Source of the DNA: Antedon mediterranea
Taxonomy: Eukaryota > Animalia > Echinodermata
Direction: 5' to 3'
DNA: 64,000 nt
Assembly (NCBI RefSeq): GCF_964355755.1
Contig: NC_092673.1
Coordinates: forward strand, 33,601,648-33,665,647
A program made the translations under genes and the position numbers. Of the stretch, positions 1-13,166 are shown piece by piece. Position 1 is the first letter of the stretch. Each line of letters starts with the position of its first letter. Under the pieces are notes generated by a model. That model saw only the letters and a list, made by a program, of their open reading frames with translations, searched no databases and was not told the DNA's origin.

Positions 1-2399
1 ATTGAGACAACAGCGTCCATTTTAATTCAATTGTAGGCCTAATTAACAAGTGAAAACGTTTATTCAATTACTAATAAAAGCAATGCTAAACCTAGCTTTA
101 TTTTACCAAGGCAATTTACTAAGTTTCCGTTTTAGGCCATGGAATTTGGCCCATGGTAAATCAGTAGTGTTAAAGGTGTTCAGACTACGTGTCGTAATCA
201 CTGATCGTGATATTAGCCGTTGTTCACTGGAAAGCGTCAAAATCACTGATGCATCATGAAGGGCGTTAGTAAATTCTATAATGTAACTTCTAATGCTCTG
301 TCTACAAAGTATAGACAGAGATTGATGTTTGCGTTATGAACTCCTGATTTTTACTACTGGCTACACTGATGAATAATTTATACATATAAAGTCCTAGGTC
401 ATATGTCGTCGCAAATCTAAAGCTATCTAATCTCCCCCACTACGCAACGCAATGACGTATACGCAACACAAGTATTTGGACCAATCACAAGCGATATTTC
501 GGATGATCCGTTGCTTGTGATTGGTCAAATCACTTTCCATCCCGTCACAAACTTTTGTTATAGTGATTATTTATTGTAAAAATAGACGTTTGCTTTTCAT
601 TGTGGTCTCATAGATCTTAATTGAACTATCCGTTAGCTCCCAGCTTGTAGAATTAACCACAAATCAGTTTTAGTTAAACTTTTCTTTGATAATGTTTAGA
701 ATAAGATAATACAGTACATTAAAACGACACTTTAGGGAAACATTAAGACATACACAGCGTAACATTAAATTAAACACGTTTCAAGTTGAGTTAAAGCCTT
801 TCTTATTTCATTGCACCACATTAAACAATATTGCTATATATCTTAATTTAGTATATCAATGTAATTTACACGAGTGCGTCAACAACAATTCCTCACGTGA
901 CTGAAGTAAATTAGGAATAATAATATATTTATGAAAAAACGATGAATCCTTAGAAATTAAATATTTTTATAATTGGTATCTGAAAACGAGTAAAATATTA
1001 ATATTGTTTTTATTTATTTACTTTATTATTCGTTCGGTTTTTATATTTATGTGTCTCGTAACTTGCCTTTTGATGTTAAAGTATCAATAATTATGTTTTC
1101 CACTGCCACAGGGTATGAGATTTGATTATAAGAAGTTTGCCCAAATATGTAACGTTGCATAATTTAACATTCGTCACGGTGATATATGGAAGGCTCCGAG
1201 CGACAAAACATGGTTTATTAATTCAAAAATGCAATTTAAACCAAAATATGAAATATATTATATGAAAGGTACCTGCAAAATAATTTAAATTGTAATTTTA
1301 AATTCATCAAGTGTCCTTGGGACGTTTAAAATATCATTGTTAGTTTGTGACCGCAAATACTTATTAATGCTAATCTTTAAGATTGGACAATTTGTACTTT
1401 GTATCAATTTGCTTATTATAATTCAATATATTTTATTTATTTATTTTGTTTAATTTATTTTTGTTGCTTTATTTGCGCAACACAAAACTAACAAGAAACG
1501 TATATACATGAAATTCTCGATCACTACACAAACTACACTAAAGCTCTGTCGACACTATCAAACTTTATGTTTTAAAAAAATGTGATGTGCCCATATATGG
1601 ACATGATGATGTCATATCACCACCATCTTTCATATCACTACCATATTTGGGCACATCACACTTTTTTTGTCAAACTATAGTTTGGAAATGTAGATTGTCA
1701 TTTTGGTCGCTGTCGCAGCACTGTAAATGGTTTTCGTTCGATTTCGGTCCGTAAATCGTTGTACAGTATTTTTTTAATTTTATTATATTCATTTATTCAT
1801 TCAATCGATTTCGGAATCTCTGGTCTTTAGAAAGTAAACATTTTTTGTAAAGTTCTTACATGCATTTATATGTTTATAAATATTAAAGAGTAATTTAAAC
1901 GGTTACATTATATCGTTCGATCCGTTATCTAAAATTAAAAATACATTTTCTATGAACGGACTATATTTTATTAATGATATTATATATACTAGTAATTATG
2001 TTAACTAATTAAGTGAGAGTGTGAAATGGTGTTATGAATACATTTCATTATAGTACTGGTCTTCGGGGAATTCATTTGACAATGTTTCTTCTTCCCAATG
2101 GCGCATCTAGAGGATTATCTGGCTTACGGCTTCTATTGACATGTCGGCACTGCAGTTGTCCCATATCCCTCAATTTAAATGAGGGAAGAGCAAAATGTTA
2201 AATTACAAGCACATTAATAAATAAATATATAAATATATATATATATATAAATCAATGAAGTTGCGTAGCACTGTGTAAATTATATATAAATCATACTGTA
2301 AATTATAGAAACAGTGCTCATATTCGGAACATGATCTCATAATCGCGTCGAGCATAGCTCATTGGCGAAAGTTCCGTATTTTTTAGTTGTATGAAAAAA

Positions 2400-2471
2400 T
2401 GTCTCTGGCGGGATTCGAACCTGCAACCTCTCGCTTACAGGGCGAGTATCATACCACTAGGCCACAGAGCC
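2400..2471 (-). pseudogene. tRNA-like sequence (tRNA-Pro-like body, aberrant anticodon loop) inside a repeat element
   Basis: Minus strand GGCTCTGTGGCCTAGTGGTATGATACTCGC-CCTGTAA-GCGAGAGGTTGCAGGTTCGAATCCCGCCAGAGACA followed by TTTTTT. A box, B box and anticodon stem are intact. There are mismatches in the acceptor and T stems, and C instead of U33. Confidence 0.6.
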
Positions 2472-2570
2472 ATGTATGGTATTATCACAGATTTTCACCC
2501 ACCAGATACATTCTCTCATACAACAAACGCCCTCACAATCAGTGGAGGCTTAACAAGTCAGAATAAATTC

Positions 2571-2604
2571 CAACTTTAATTCGCAACGTTGCGAATTAAA
2601 GTTG
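2571..2604. repeat. Perfect 34-bp palindrome (possible Helentron/HINE-type terminal hairpin)
   Basis: CAACTTTAATTCGCAAC|GTTGCGAATTAAAGTTG. Confidence 0.8.
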
Positions 2605-2631
2605 TATATAATTCTAAAGATATATATATAT

Positions 2632-2873
2632 AAACACAAGAGGCAAAGAACATTAATTCTAAACCGCCCGGTGATATACTGAAATTTAATTAATTAATTT
2701 GAAACGATAAAGATGAGGAAATCTGTGAGAATGAGAAAAAGTCGCCCCAACCGAGACTCGAACTCGGACCACCTGCTTGATATGCAGATGTCCTAACCAT
2801 TAGACCACTGGGGCTTTCATGGTATTGTTAGAAAACACAAGAGGCAAAGAACATTAATTCTAAACCGCCCGGT
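2632..2873 (-). mobile_element. tRNA-containing interspersed element with 41-bp direct terminal repeats, inserted in (TA)n
   Basis: AAACACAAGAGGCAAAGAACATTAATTCTAAACCGCCCGGT occurs at 2632 and 2833. An internal minus-strand cloverleaf reads GCCCCAGTGGTCTAATGGTTAGGACATCTGC-ATATCAA-GCAGGTGGTCCGAGTTCGAGTCTCGGTTGGGGC. Diverged copies lie at ~20120-20180, ~48268-48560 and ~58520-58685. Confidence 0.75.
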
Positions 2874-3961
2874 TTGTATATATATACATTGACATCGTTA
2901 TTTTACGCATTTATGAGCTTGGAAATAGAAAGAAGGGTTCGATGTTGGCCTACAGCAATTTCAATTTATAAGCTTCCCATTAGACGAGACGCAAAGACGC
3001 AGGCACAACAAAAGTTCAAATGATTCATTACGTCATTATTGGTCAAATTACAATCTTCATTTTCATGTTTTGGGGGGACAATACATCTTTAAACTAAGTA
3101 TTTATCAAAGAAAAAAATTACGTTTACTTAAAATGAAGTGAAACTTCAAATTTAATCTACAATGGTTGTAAAACAAATTTGAGGACTTTTAACTCTCAGT
3201 TTGCATAAACAAACATCTTATTCCAGGTGGTTGGGTTCTTATCTATATCCGCGAGTGACAATATTATGTCTGATTAAAGATGTTCAGAAATCAGTTGACG
3301 ATCGCTTATGGGTAATTGCAAAGAAAACATTGAGAAATTGCAGAAATGCGTAATAGTTCAAATTAAGACCTTTGGGCCTAAGTTAGGTTGAAAACCCATA
3401 ATAACATATTCATCGGTTGTCGCCTATTAACCAAACAGGATACTAATATTAGTTATTTAATTTCAATTATGAAAAAAAATGATTCACAAATAATAAAAGG
3501 AAAAAAATTAAAGTTGCGCTCAAGAATATTAGCCATGATCCTGTATTAAACTTACGTTTAAAACAGCAACAATTAATTAAAGTTTCTATCAAAATAATAG
3601 TAACCGTCGAACTAACGATAATAATTTGATGTTATTTTAATAATATTGTTATTATAATACAGTAAATATATTATTTATTATATCAATTAAGAGAGAAAAT
3701 AGTTGAAACCAGGTTGTTGCAAGGTGAACTCATCGTAAACCCGGAAATTACATTGACCGCGAAGAATTGAAATTGAGTTGAAAATCTACTGTTGAAATAA
3801 TAAATTTTGTTAAAAAACTCTTTATAATATCTTCCTAAGATAGAAATATGGAACAATAGCGTCGAACTGAAAACTAATGTTATCAAATCTACGTTTCGCG
3901 GTACATCTGAGATAGATAAGTTAGGTATAAAAGCACGTCAAGAAGCAAACCTTTCTAATGT

Positions 3962-4304
3962 TTAAATGTATTGTCCCCTTGAAAAAATAATTCTTAGAAT
4001 TATATTTTTATAAAATAATAGTTATCCACTTTGACCAAAAATTGGATCTAAAAAATAATGTATTTACTACCTAAAAAAAAACCTGTAATTTATAGCAAAA
4101 AAATGCTCAAATTGGCTGCCAGCCAATGGGTTTTTAGTTGAATTTAACCATTTATTTTGTCATTTTATAAGTGAAAACATTTTTTTTTTTCGATTTTTTT
4201 TTCTACTGAAGTGATTAAATTTATTAAAACTACAACATAACATATTCAAAGTCTGATTTAATTAATCTTCATTTTTCATGTCTTTGGGGGATAATACATC
4301 TTTA
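3962..4304. mobile_element. Non-autonomous DNA transposon, Kolobok-like (TTAA flanks)
   Basis: TTAA-ATGTATTGTCCCC ... GGGGGATAATACATCT-TTAA inverted ends. The same end sequence recurs at ~3050-3093 and ~56772-56830. Confidence 0.55.
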
Positions 4305-4896
4305 AATAAAAGTGGGACGGGATGATGAAAAATGAAAGATGCAATTAATATTAGGCCTAGGCCTATCTGTGAAGAAGAATAACAGTCTGATACGAGCATT
4401 TAGCAAAGGCACGTAAAGAAGCGAACCTTAATTGACTGTCTTCTGTTTTTTAATCCTAAATGCATTAAATTAAAGGAGTTCATTTTCACTTGTTGTTAAA
4501 GGCTCAGAAAACTTGAGTTAATTCAGTCATTTTCTGATAACATTTTCTAATCTATCACGTTCACGCGCCTTTTAAGGTTATGACACGGTTGGTTAGTTCA
4601 CGGTCAGGTATGTAAAACTTTATTAAGAAGTGACCTCTAGGAAAAAACATCAATTTTATACTAAATCCTCTGTTTATATTACTTTTAAAGAAATGAGTAC
4701 AGTAGTGAACGAATTGTAACGACATATAGAACTGTATGTAAAATATTATACATTACTTGTCGTCCGGCGTTCAGGCTTAGTTAACTACCCGGGTAAGTTA
4801 GTGACCTACCCACCAAATTTAGCAATAATTAGTCCGTGAAGCCAACTTTACCTGTGTAAATAACTAAATCTGAACGCACCCATGACACGCGCATTT

Positions 4897-5252
4897 AACG
4901 GTTCTCACTAGCGAAGGAACGTAACGCAACCTACGCAACGATCATTGTGTTTGCCCCCGCCTGCGTGAAATCACGATGTTTGCAGCACTGTTGCGTCGTC
5001 GCTTCCCACTTGTGATTACGCAATACAGCACTTCGCTGCGTTGCGTTGCGTCGTTAGTGAAGCGTGGTTCCCACTAGCGACGCAACACAAGGACGTAACG
5101 CAACGCAAGTGAATTGACCAATCACAAGCGATGGCCATTCGCTTGTCATTGCTAACTGTCTATAACTTCGCTTGTCATTGGTTAAAACGCTTGCGTTGCG
5201 TTTACGTCCTTGCGTTACGTTCTAGTGGGAACCAAGCTTTAGAACCACGCTT
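4897..5252. mobile_element. Older GCAAC/GTTGC-rich MITE with a younger related MITE nested in its right TIR
   Basis: Left TIR CGGTTCTCACTAGCGA. The right TIR TCGTTAGTGA|GAACCACG is interrupted at 5061-5238. Confidence 0.7.
5061..5238 (-). mobile_element. MITE family B (Harbinger/Tourist-like, AGC(T/G)TGGTTCCCACTAG TIRs)
   Basis: TIRs AGCGTGGTTCCCACTAG / CTAGTGGGAACCAAGCT. Near-identical inverted copy at 50468-50646; related copy at 9591-9738; fragments at ~435-540 and ~2975-3050. Confidence 0.85.
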
Positions 5253-7387
5253 ATATTAACAGAATTCCCAAACTCACCGTATGCGAATAGTAACTCCTTA
5301 TATATGTTTTTAACCGGTCTATCTATCTATCTATCGGTGCAACTCCACTAAAAGACTATATACATGTTCACTACCTGAAGTACATAGCCCATATCTGTCG
5401 AGAACAAAACGAATGCTCTTTGCACAAGCCCGAAAACCATATCAAATTAGGCAATCTCCTTCAGTGCGATCCTAGTCAAGCTAAGAAGCTAACCCAGTCA
5501 AGAAAGCCCTTCAACAGTCGGACCCAGCATATATTTGGATGCTAGAGACCCGGCTAGAGAAGACTGCCTCTTGGCTGCGACTGGCATCAGTGGGAGGAAC
5601 AAAACTGTACTGTATCTATTCTAAAACTAGTTTGACAAAAAAGTGCCCAAATATGGTAGTGATATGACATCATCATGTCCATATATGGGTACATCACATT
5701 GTTTTTGTCACATAATAAGGTTTGATAGTGTAGACAGAGCTTTAAGATGAGGTATTTCCCTTATGTTGATAAGATTATTATTTTCTAAAAGTGATCACTG
5801 ATCGATTGGATTTTTAATTTGATTTCGTCTACTTTGCCTCAATTGAATGAAAAAAATTCCTCTACGCGGTATTATATATTTTTTATATTTAAAAATTAAA
5901 TTACAAATTTTATATGTTTTATATCAGTTTTATGTTCGACAATCTTGAGCTGAATCAAATTTAAACTAATTTGATAACGTTTCTGTTTACTTGGTAATTT
6001 GTTCACTGTGCCTTCAATATTGGATTGGTACGTTATCAATTTCTGCAATTTATTTTTTCCATTAAATTACATTTTGTATAATAGTTCAATTTAATAGATA
6101 GGAAATAAAATCATAGGAACAGGGACAGGAAGAAGAAGAACAGGGTCATGTTACTGTATCTGTTTATCTTATCTTATGTTTTTCTCTTTTTGTATGCGTC
6201 GTCGAAAAGTCGTGTGTGAACGTACTGTTATTTTAAGCTATCGTTCACACTGAAACCAGATTCGGTCCAAAATGTTCTGTCTTGAAATATATACCCATTT
6301 TCACGATTCCGATTTTCATCCGGCCAGTATTAATTTTTTTTCCCATTGAGTTAAGGCAGAAATCATAGATAATGTTGTCACGAGGTAATTCATTTTTATG
6401 CCATAATTAATTTCATAAATTTATTCTTAACCTGATATGTGAAAAAAATATTGCATTTGTCCACTAGACCGAAGTCCGGATGTTAAAATTAAATCATACA
6501 TACTGTGCGTTTATGAAGAGTTTAATCACAGTCGATAAATAGTCCAGAACATGTCTTAAAGCCGGAGCACACTGAACTATTTAGACGTGAAGCGTCACCG
6601 TTAAATCGAACCGTAATTTTTAACGAACGAACGATTTCAGTGTGAACATCAAATCGAATGTGACGTGTGGACCGGCCTTTAATTATATCTCTGCAAGTCA
6701 AGTGAACTATATAAATAAACTGTTTTTTATTTATGAAAGTTTTTGTCGTTTGAATTCTGATTTTAAAATCAATGAAAAAAAATATTTAAAAAAAACATCC
6801 GTATAGCCCAAAATAACTGAGTTTACTTGAAATGTTCAATAATTTATATTCGGGAAATAGTTCTATTTAGGCCCTATTATTATTAAGAATAAGCTAATAA
6901 TACACAAATGATGCAATAATTAGAACTCTGCGCATGTGCATAGTCGCATTTATTATATAATATCTATAATACCTTAAGATAAAAATCGAAATAATGAGAT
7001 TAATGCGTCAATTTAAAAATTAATGTATTTTATATAAGTTTTGCTTCCGGCCTATTTATCTCTGTAAAAATATATACAGTATCTAATTTTCTATTGTTGA
7101 AAAATCAATGATGAATTCTGTGCCAAGTACACGAATACTGAAACGTAGTTTCTGATTTATTTATGTAAAATATTCGATGGAAATCTTTCTGTAGAACCAT
7201 GACTTGAAGGGCGATTACCATCTTCCCAATAAAATGTCCTTCATACCTGCCCGTAAAGCATGGTTAGACTTGCCCCAACTGCGGGCTACAATTACACAAG
7301 TGAAATAAAAACTATTCCTTTAATCCATGATCACATGAACTTGTTTTCTCTCTTTGAGGAGACTTGCTAGACTCTGTAGTTATTGTC

Positions 7388-7507
7388 TTTCTAGTCGCGT
7401 AAGGCGACTCTACAGCTCACTAATAATATGTCGGTCGTTTTTTCGGTTGGTCGGTCGGTAAACACTAACTTGAGCAAGCGACTGCAGCCATGTATATGGC
7501 CTTGTTT
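7388..7507 (+). mobile_element. Short Helentron-associated (HINE/DINE-1-like) element
   Basis: 5' TTTCTAGTCGCGTAAGGCGACT hairpin/subTIR, internal (GGTC)n microsatellite, 3' GCGACT subTIR plus GCCATGTATATGGC hairpin then CTTGTTT. This matches the described HINE layout. Confidence 0.6.
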
Positions 7508-9590
7508 ATGTTAGTCCACCACCAGTCGGCGTTTTAATTTTTGTTTGAATACTAAAAATACGAACTCATGTATTATACGTATGAAACGCCATATGTGCCA
7601 AAATATTTACTTTTTACTAATTTCTGTCTAGAACCGTATCTGGTAGAGACATGCGAGCAAAAAAACACAACACAAAGCAACTGTACTAAAGTAGACTCGA
7701 CGAATACACTTGTTTTTATAATTGATTCATTATCCCCCGTGTTTAATTCTCCTTTAATTGTGTTATTATTACGCGTCTTCGTTTTTATAAAAACTGCGTC
7801 GACTCTAAGCAACCGATTTAATTTAACTTTCTAAAAACATGTATCTATTTATTAATCGGCTTTAATGTTGTTCTTCCAATTTAATATTTTTCTGCGCGAC
7901 GACATTATTTCAGAAAATATGATGCAAGTTGTCAATTGATACCTCTCGACGAAATCGGATTATATTTAAATGTTACTGATTTTTTTTTTCAATTCTATTA
8001 AATTCGTTAAAACTACTTTATGCTATAAGAGCATGGGTGACACTCCACACGTATCAGGCGATTTTCGTTAAGTGCTTCTTGAGTTTTAATACAAGGTTAA
8101 TGTATCGTGTATTTGTGTGATTATTTTTTATTAATTCTATCCTGTCTCTGTGATTGGCCATGACTTTTTGTTAATTTGTAACTATTATTGTATGTTTTAA
8201 TCACCATTGTTGCCACAATTATTATTTTTCACGTAATCATTATTATCAAGACTAGTAATATAGGCTATTGATAGGGTGCATTCGATTTTGACGACCTATG
8301 ACCTATGACGTCATGCTAATATATTTGTAGTAGATGCGTTAATTTTGAATTAGCAATAGACACAATAGGGGATATAATGAGACTTTTAGGTTGCATATTT
8401 TAGGACTTTTTTGATCCAAAAATGGCCGGGGTAATAATGTGAAGTGATTGAGTCTAGGCATTTGGCGCTATAATAAGGCCTACTGCATAAGAACGACATA
8501 CTATTTAATAATAAATATTATTAATCAAAAATTCGTATTGTAGAGGACATACTCATTAAAAAGCTTTATCATCGCGGTAGCTATAGTTCTAAGGCCGACA
8601 GTTTTAGGAATTTGTAAAGTCGACAATAATTTATAGGTCCCAGCTGCTAGACCCAAAAAACGTCTGGGAAAAGAGAGTTTATGAAGGCTCACGCTTGAAC
8701 GATTTTGGATTCTCGCCCTTTGATTGGTTGACGCGATCCAACAGACTGCGGAAGAATTTTTCATTTGTACCACCACCGTGAAAAGTCACGTTGACTCTAG
8801 AGGGTATTCAGTTGCATGCCTACAGGTTGAGGTCACACACACAGCACATAAAGTTCAAAATTGACCATTTTTAAATGCCATTTTTAATTAGTAGAGAAAT
8901 ATTTGTTGGCAAATAATACATTGTTAGAAAGGTACACGTGTCTTATTTCAAATGCTGTTGAAAATTAGCAGAAATATCAATTATTCAGTGAAATACAACC
9001 AGATTACTAACACCCACCAAAATGGCCATGATGTGATTTATTATTATATTAAGTTAGATTTTGTGTATTTTTGCGTTTAACCAACATATTTTTATTTTGT
9101 TACACGTTTCCATGGTAACAAAAACATATTTTCTATAAATTATTAATATATCTGTAGAAAGAACAATGATTAATTTTAAAATGTCGAGCGGCGTTTTTTG
9201 TAAGAAATATTTCTTGTTTACATTGCCATACTTTTTTCCGTTTATCACAAAAACAAGATATATACAGGGCCTAATAAGTAACAAAAGTGTCAAGGTGGGT
9301 GTACACGGCGCGCATTAGGCGCAGGCTTTAATTGTGCAGGTTAGGTGTAATTATTATTATTATTCATGTGATTTAAAAATAATCACTCATCTGAAGTAGA
9401 TTATATATTTTTAAATAGTTAATGCGAATGTGATTTATCTCGTCAAATATGAGTTCCATGAGTTAATAAGTTGTAGGATAGTGTGGCCATAAAGTGTTAA
9501 TCGCTTCTATGTACAACAGCTGTATTCAAATAACATTTACACTCGTTTCAACAGCTGGATTCAACATGAATTCAAGTCTATTGTAGGTTA

Positions 9591-9738
9591 AGCTTGGTTC
9601 CCACTAGAGACGCAACGCACAGACGCAACGCAACGTGATTTGACCAATCACAAGCGATTGATTAGTAATTGAACAGTCGCTTGTCATTTGTCAACTGGCT
9701 TGCGTTACGTCCTTGCGTTGCGTCTCTGGAACCAAGCC
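9591..9738 (+). mobile_element. MITE family B copy
   Basis: AGCTTGGTTCCCACTAGAGACGCAACG ... CGTTGCGTCTCTGGAACCAAGC. Confidence 0.75.
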
Positions 9739-10049
9739 TATATGACTGGCTTACATATTTATATATTCAATTTTTAGAACGAGTTTTGATAACTTTAGGG
9801 TTAATACAGTATTAAACACGTGTTGGATTCTGATGTGAATGCACTTTTAACAGTTACACGATACGATAGATAGTATTTATTGTCATTTAAACAGCAAGGT
9901 AAAAATGAAATGTGATTGGTTAAATTTAATTTAGACATATGAAAATAATAATATATAGCGTCGTAACTAGAGATTCTAAAGTGATCTTACAAACTTGCTA
10001 TTAAACACATGAATTTAATGAATTATAAACAAGATTGAGGTTGAAGTCC

Positions 10050-10330
10050 TATTCTACACGTATTGGATCCGGTGTGAATGTAGGCCTACCTTTAGTAGTT
10101 CGCCTTCTCAATGGTTATTGATCCAGTATTCTACACGTATTGGATCCGGTGTGAATGTAGGCCTACCTTTAGTAGTTCGCCTTCTCAATGGTTATTGATC
10201 CAGTATTCTATACTCATTGGATCTGGTGTGAAGGCACCTTTAGTACAGTAGTTACATAGGCGTACCTCTATAATTATGTCTTTCATCTAGTATTCTAAAT
10301 TCTACACTCATTGGATCTGGTGACGTGCGA
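10050..10330. repeat. 77-bp tandem duplication with degenerate flanking copies
   Basis: TATTCTACACGTATTGGATCCGGTGTGAATGTAGGCCTACCTTTAGTAGTTCGCCTTCTCAATGGTTATTGATCCAG twice exactly (10050, 10127). Decayed units extend over ~9815-10620. Confidence 0.8.
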
Positions 10331-13166
10331 ATGCACCTTTAATAAACATGTAGGTATGGTTATCATGTGTTATACACATTGTATCCGATGTGAACAAACC
10401 TTTAAAACAGAGACTCTACGATTGTTATATGACGTCTACTCTAGTTGTGATTTTTTTTTAACTTTGTCTGAACGCACTCTTACAGTCTTGTATGAGTAAT
10501 ACTCATACATTGTCCACCACATGATACTGTATCATGACTGTGGTGGACAATGTATTATATTTTTAGATTTGGAATAATGTAGGCCTAGTTTTGATTCCTG
10601 TTGCAAATGCACCTTTAGATAACTAGGCCGATCGCTTGTATATACCGTTTTCTGTTAAAAATCAATTTACTATAAAAAAAAAAAGGTTATTTCAGTAGAC
10701 TAAAACAAGATGTAACGTAATATAATACTAAAAATCGACTTTATTAAACTCACGAAGTAGGTCTGTTAGGTCTGATTTCTAGTCACCTCGTTTCCTTTTT
10801 TTAGAAATTATATTTTTTAATATTGCCTGTATTGTTTTTAAAACCACTTTATTACAGTGAACCTCTCCTTTGACATGACACATTTATTAACACATTTCAA
10901 ATTTATTTACTCATCGTTTTTAAATATAGTTTCATAATATAAATGATGGCAAGTATCTTGCATAGAGAAGTTTACAATTCTGTTTTCGCAGGACCCTTTT
11001 ACATAAAAAAAATAAAACAATAAACACAAAATAATAAATATAAATATATACATTTTAGAGTTGTTCATCAGCATAAAGCGATAAAAAGTGTTTTTCTAAC
11101 ATGATTATTTTATACATTTATTTTTTCTTAAAAAGAAAATATTCATTTTATTACTTCCAGTACATGTGAATTCTTTCTTTATATTTTAGAGCAAAAATAC
11201 ATATAATTAAGGAACCATTTTCCACTGAAACAAACATAGGCCTAACAGTATATGATAACTACGACAAACGGGTACTGTATTCAGAGACTTCATGGAGCAT
11301 TTTGTTCCATCTTATTAATTTACTGCGTTTCAATTTCATACATTATATGCCATATCAATATATTTCTACTTACATATAAGACACGCGTGTTATTCAAGTA
11401 AAATGAAATAGTGTTTACCGTGTTATGTTTCCCACACTCCTTGGGCGAATCCCGAATCGAAAGCCTCATGCGCATGCGTATTAATATTTCTATTTCTACT
11501 TTTTTTGTGACGACAAACAAAAAAAGCGCAATCAATCAGGAGACAACCCTAACGAGTGGCAATATATACTTATGCTTTAACACAACTCAGCCTGGACACC
11601 CAAGGGTCATTTTATGTTCCTGCTGACCATTTAATCATCCATGTATTCTACTGTATCTTCATTGGGATCCAGCCACTCTGATACCCACAGCATTGTAATT
11701 TTTTCAGTAATTTGTCTTTGGATGTATTATACAATACTGTGTATATTTCTTGTGTAAATTAGCTATAGTCGTCACGTTGGTTGCACTATTAGAGAAAGCG
11801 CGTGCAGCGGATTAACATGTGATCAGTAGTAACAACCGTATTTGATACAAATAGATAGAGAAAAGCTTAATCAGTTCATGAAAAGCAATATTAACGCTAC
11901 AATCCAACGAAGTAAAGTTCGACTACTCCTGCGTTCTAATCATAATTAGTTTCATTCAACCTAGATACGGTAGTGTAATTATAAAACAGTGCAATAATGA
12001 GATTAACCCAGAATCATCTGTCACCTCTTTCAACCTTTGTATTGGAATTGCTGTCTCATCATCATCCATTTTAAATCGTTTTTAATGTTACCATTTATTC
12101 ATAGATCAAACGGTTTACTAGGATGATGAAAAGGCCAGCAATACTTAATTTTTCTGTTTTCGTTCTCTAATCAGAAAAAGCTTCGTTTAATGATTTGTGA
12201 CGTAGACACAACACTTAGACGCGCGCGTAAGTATTAAAACGTGTGTTTTTTGTGTTGTTGAATATTAACGTCTCTCATTGTGACAGTGACGTCACCTAAT
12301 GTTATTCAGGAAACATTGGACGCGCGCGTAAGTACTAAAACGTCTCACTGTGGTGACGACAGACATTGGACGCGCGCGGGATCGAGTAGACAAATTTGTT
12401 TGTTTTTTTAATTGTGTTGAATTAACGTCTCTCATTGTGGCGGCAGTACCGGCACTTAATGCAGGTGACGTCACACACAACATTTGGCGCGCGCGTATTT
12501 TTTTTAGTACGCAGTTCTTGTGTCGTTATCAAATTATTAATGAACTTATAATTATTTGTTGATGATGCCACACTATATGTATTTTAAATTGTTGATATAA
12601 TTTAAATATTCTATTGTAATGAGTTATAACATTTAATTTGCTATTATTGAATTATTCGTTGTTTGTTGTTATATGTAGACATATTAATTTTAATTTATTT
12701 TAACAATATTTTGTTATATTAATATTGTTATGTTAATTCAATTAAAATTGTTGTTGTATTGATCTGTGCTGGTACTCTATTCAATAGTTTGTTCACGTTC
12801 ACATCGGTAGGTCAGAAAAGCGTATTACTAAGTAATTTTATTTCTATAATGTTATGAATGATGACCGTTACCGTGCCTCATTCACAACAAAATAAACATT
12901 GCGGACATTCCGTAAGTGGCGTTTCGTTTTCACGACGCTCACGAGCTTACGCGGCTATCGAGTCTAATAGTCATTCTGACCGTGCAGAGAATGACCTTCG
13001 AGTATTGTAGGATGTGGCTCGTCGTTTAATTGTCTTACCGGTTATTGAACGCGAGCGTCCTAACGCATATGAAAAAAAAGATTTTTAAAAAGTCGTTTTT
13101 GTCCGTACCCTTCTTTTCTGACACTATTTAAAATACAATTTTGTTTATTATAATTAATTAGCTTAC

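Noticed and set aside
2322-2378. HDV-like ribozyme (CGGAAC...GGCGAAAGTTCCG resembles P2 + J4/2)
   Set aside because: A convincing P1, P1.1 and 7-nt L3 could not be built.
2744-2815. Functional tRNA-Asp(ATC) gene
   Set aside because: Unusual loop ATATCAA, and it belongs to a dispersed repeat family with several decayed copies in the window.
50-12562. Short ORFs of 60-90 aa in the first 13 kb as genes or GPCR downstream exons
   Set aside because: No recognisable domains or TM4-7 motifs; such ORFs are expected by chance in AT-rich or repeat DNA.
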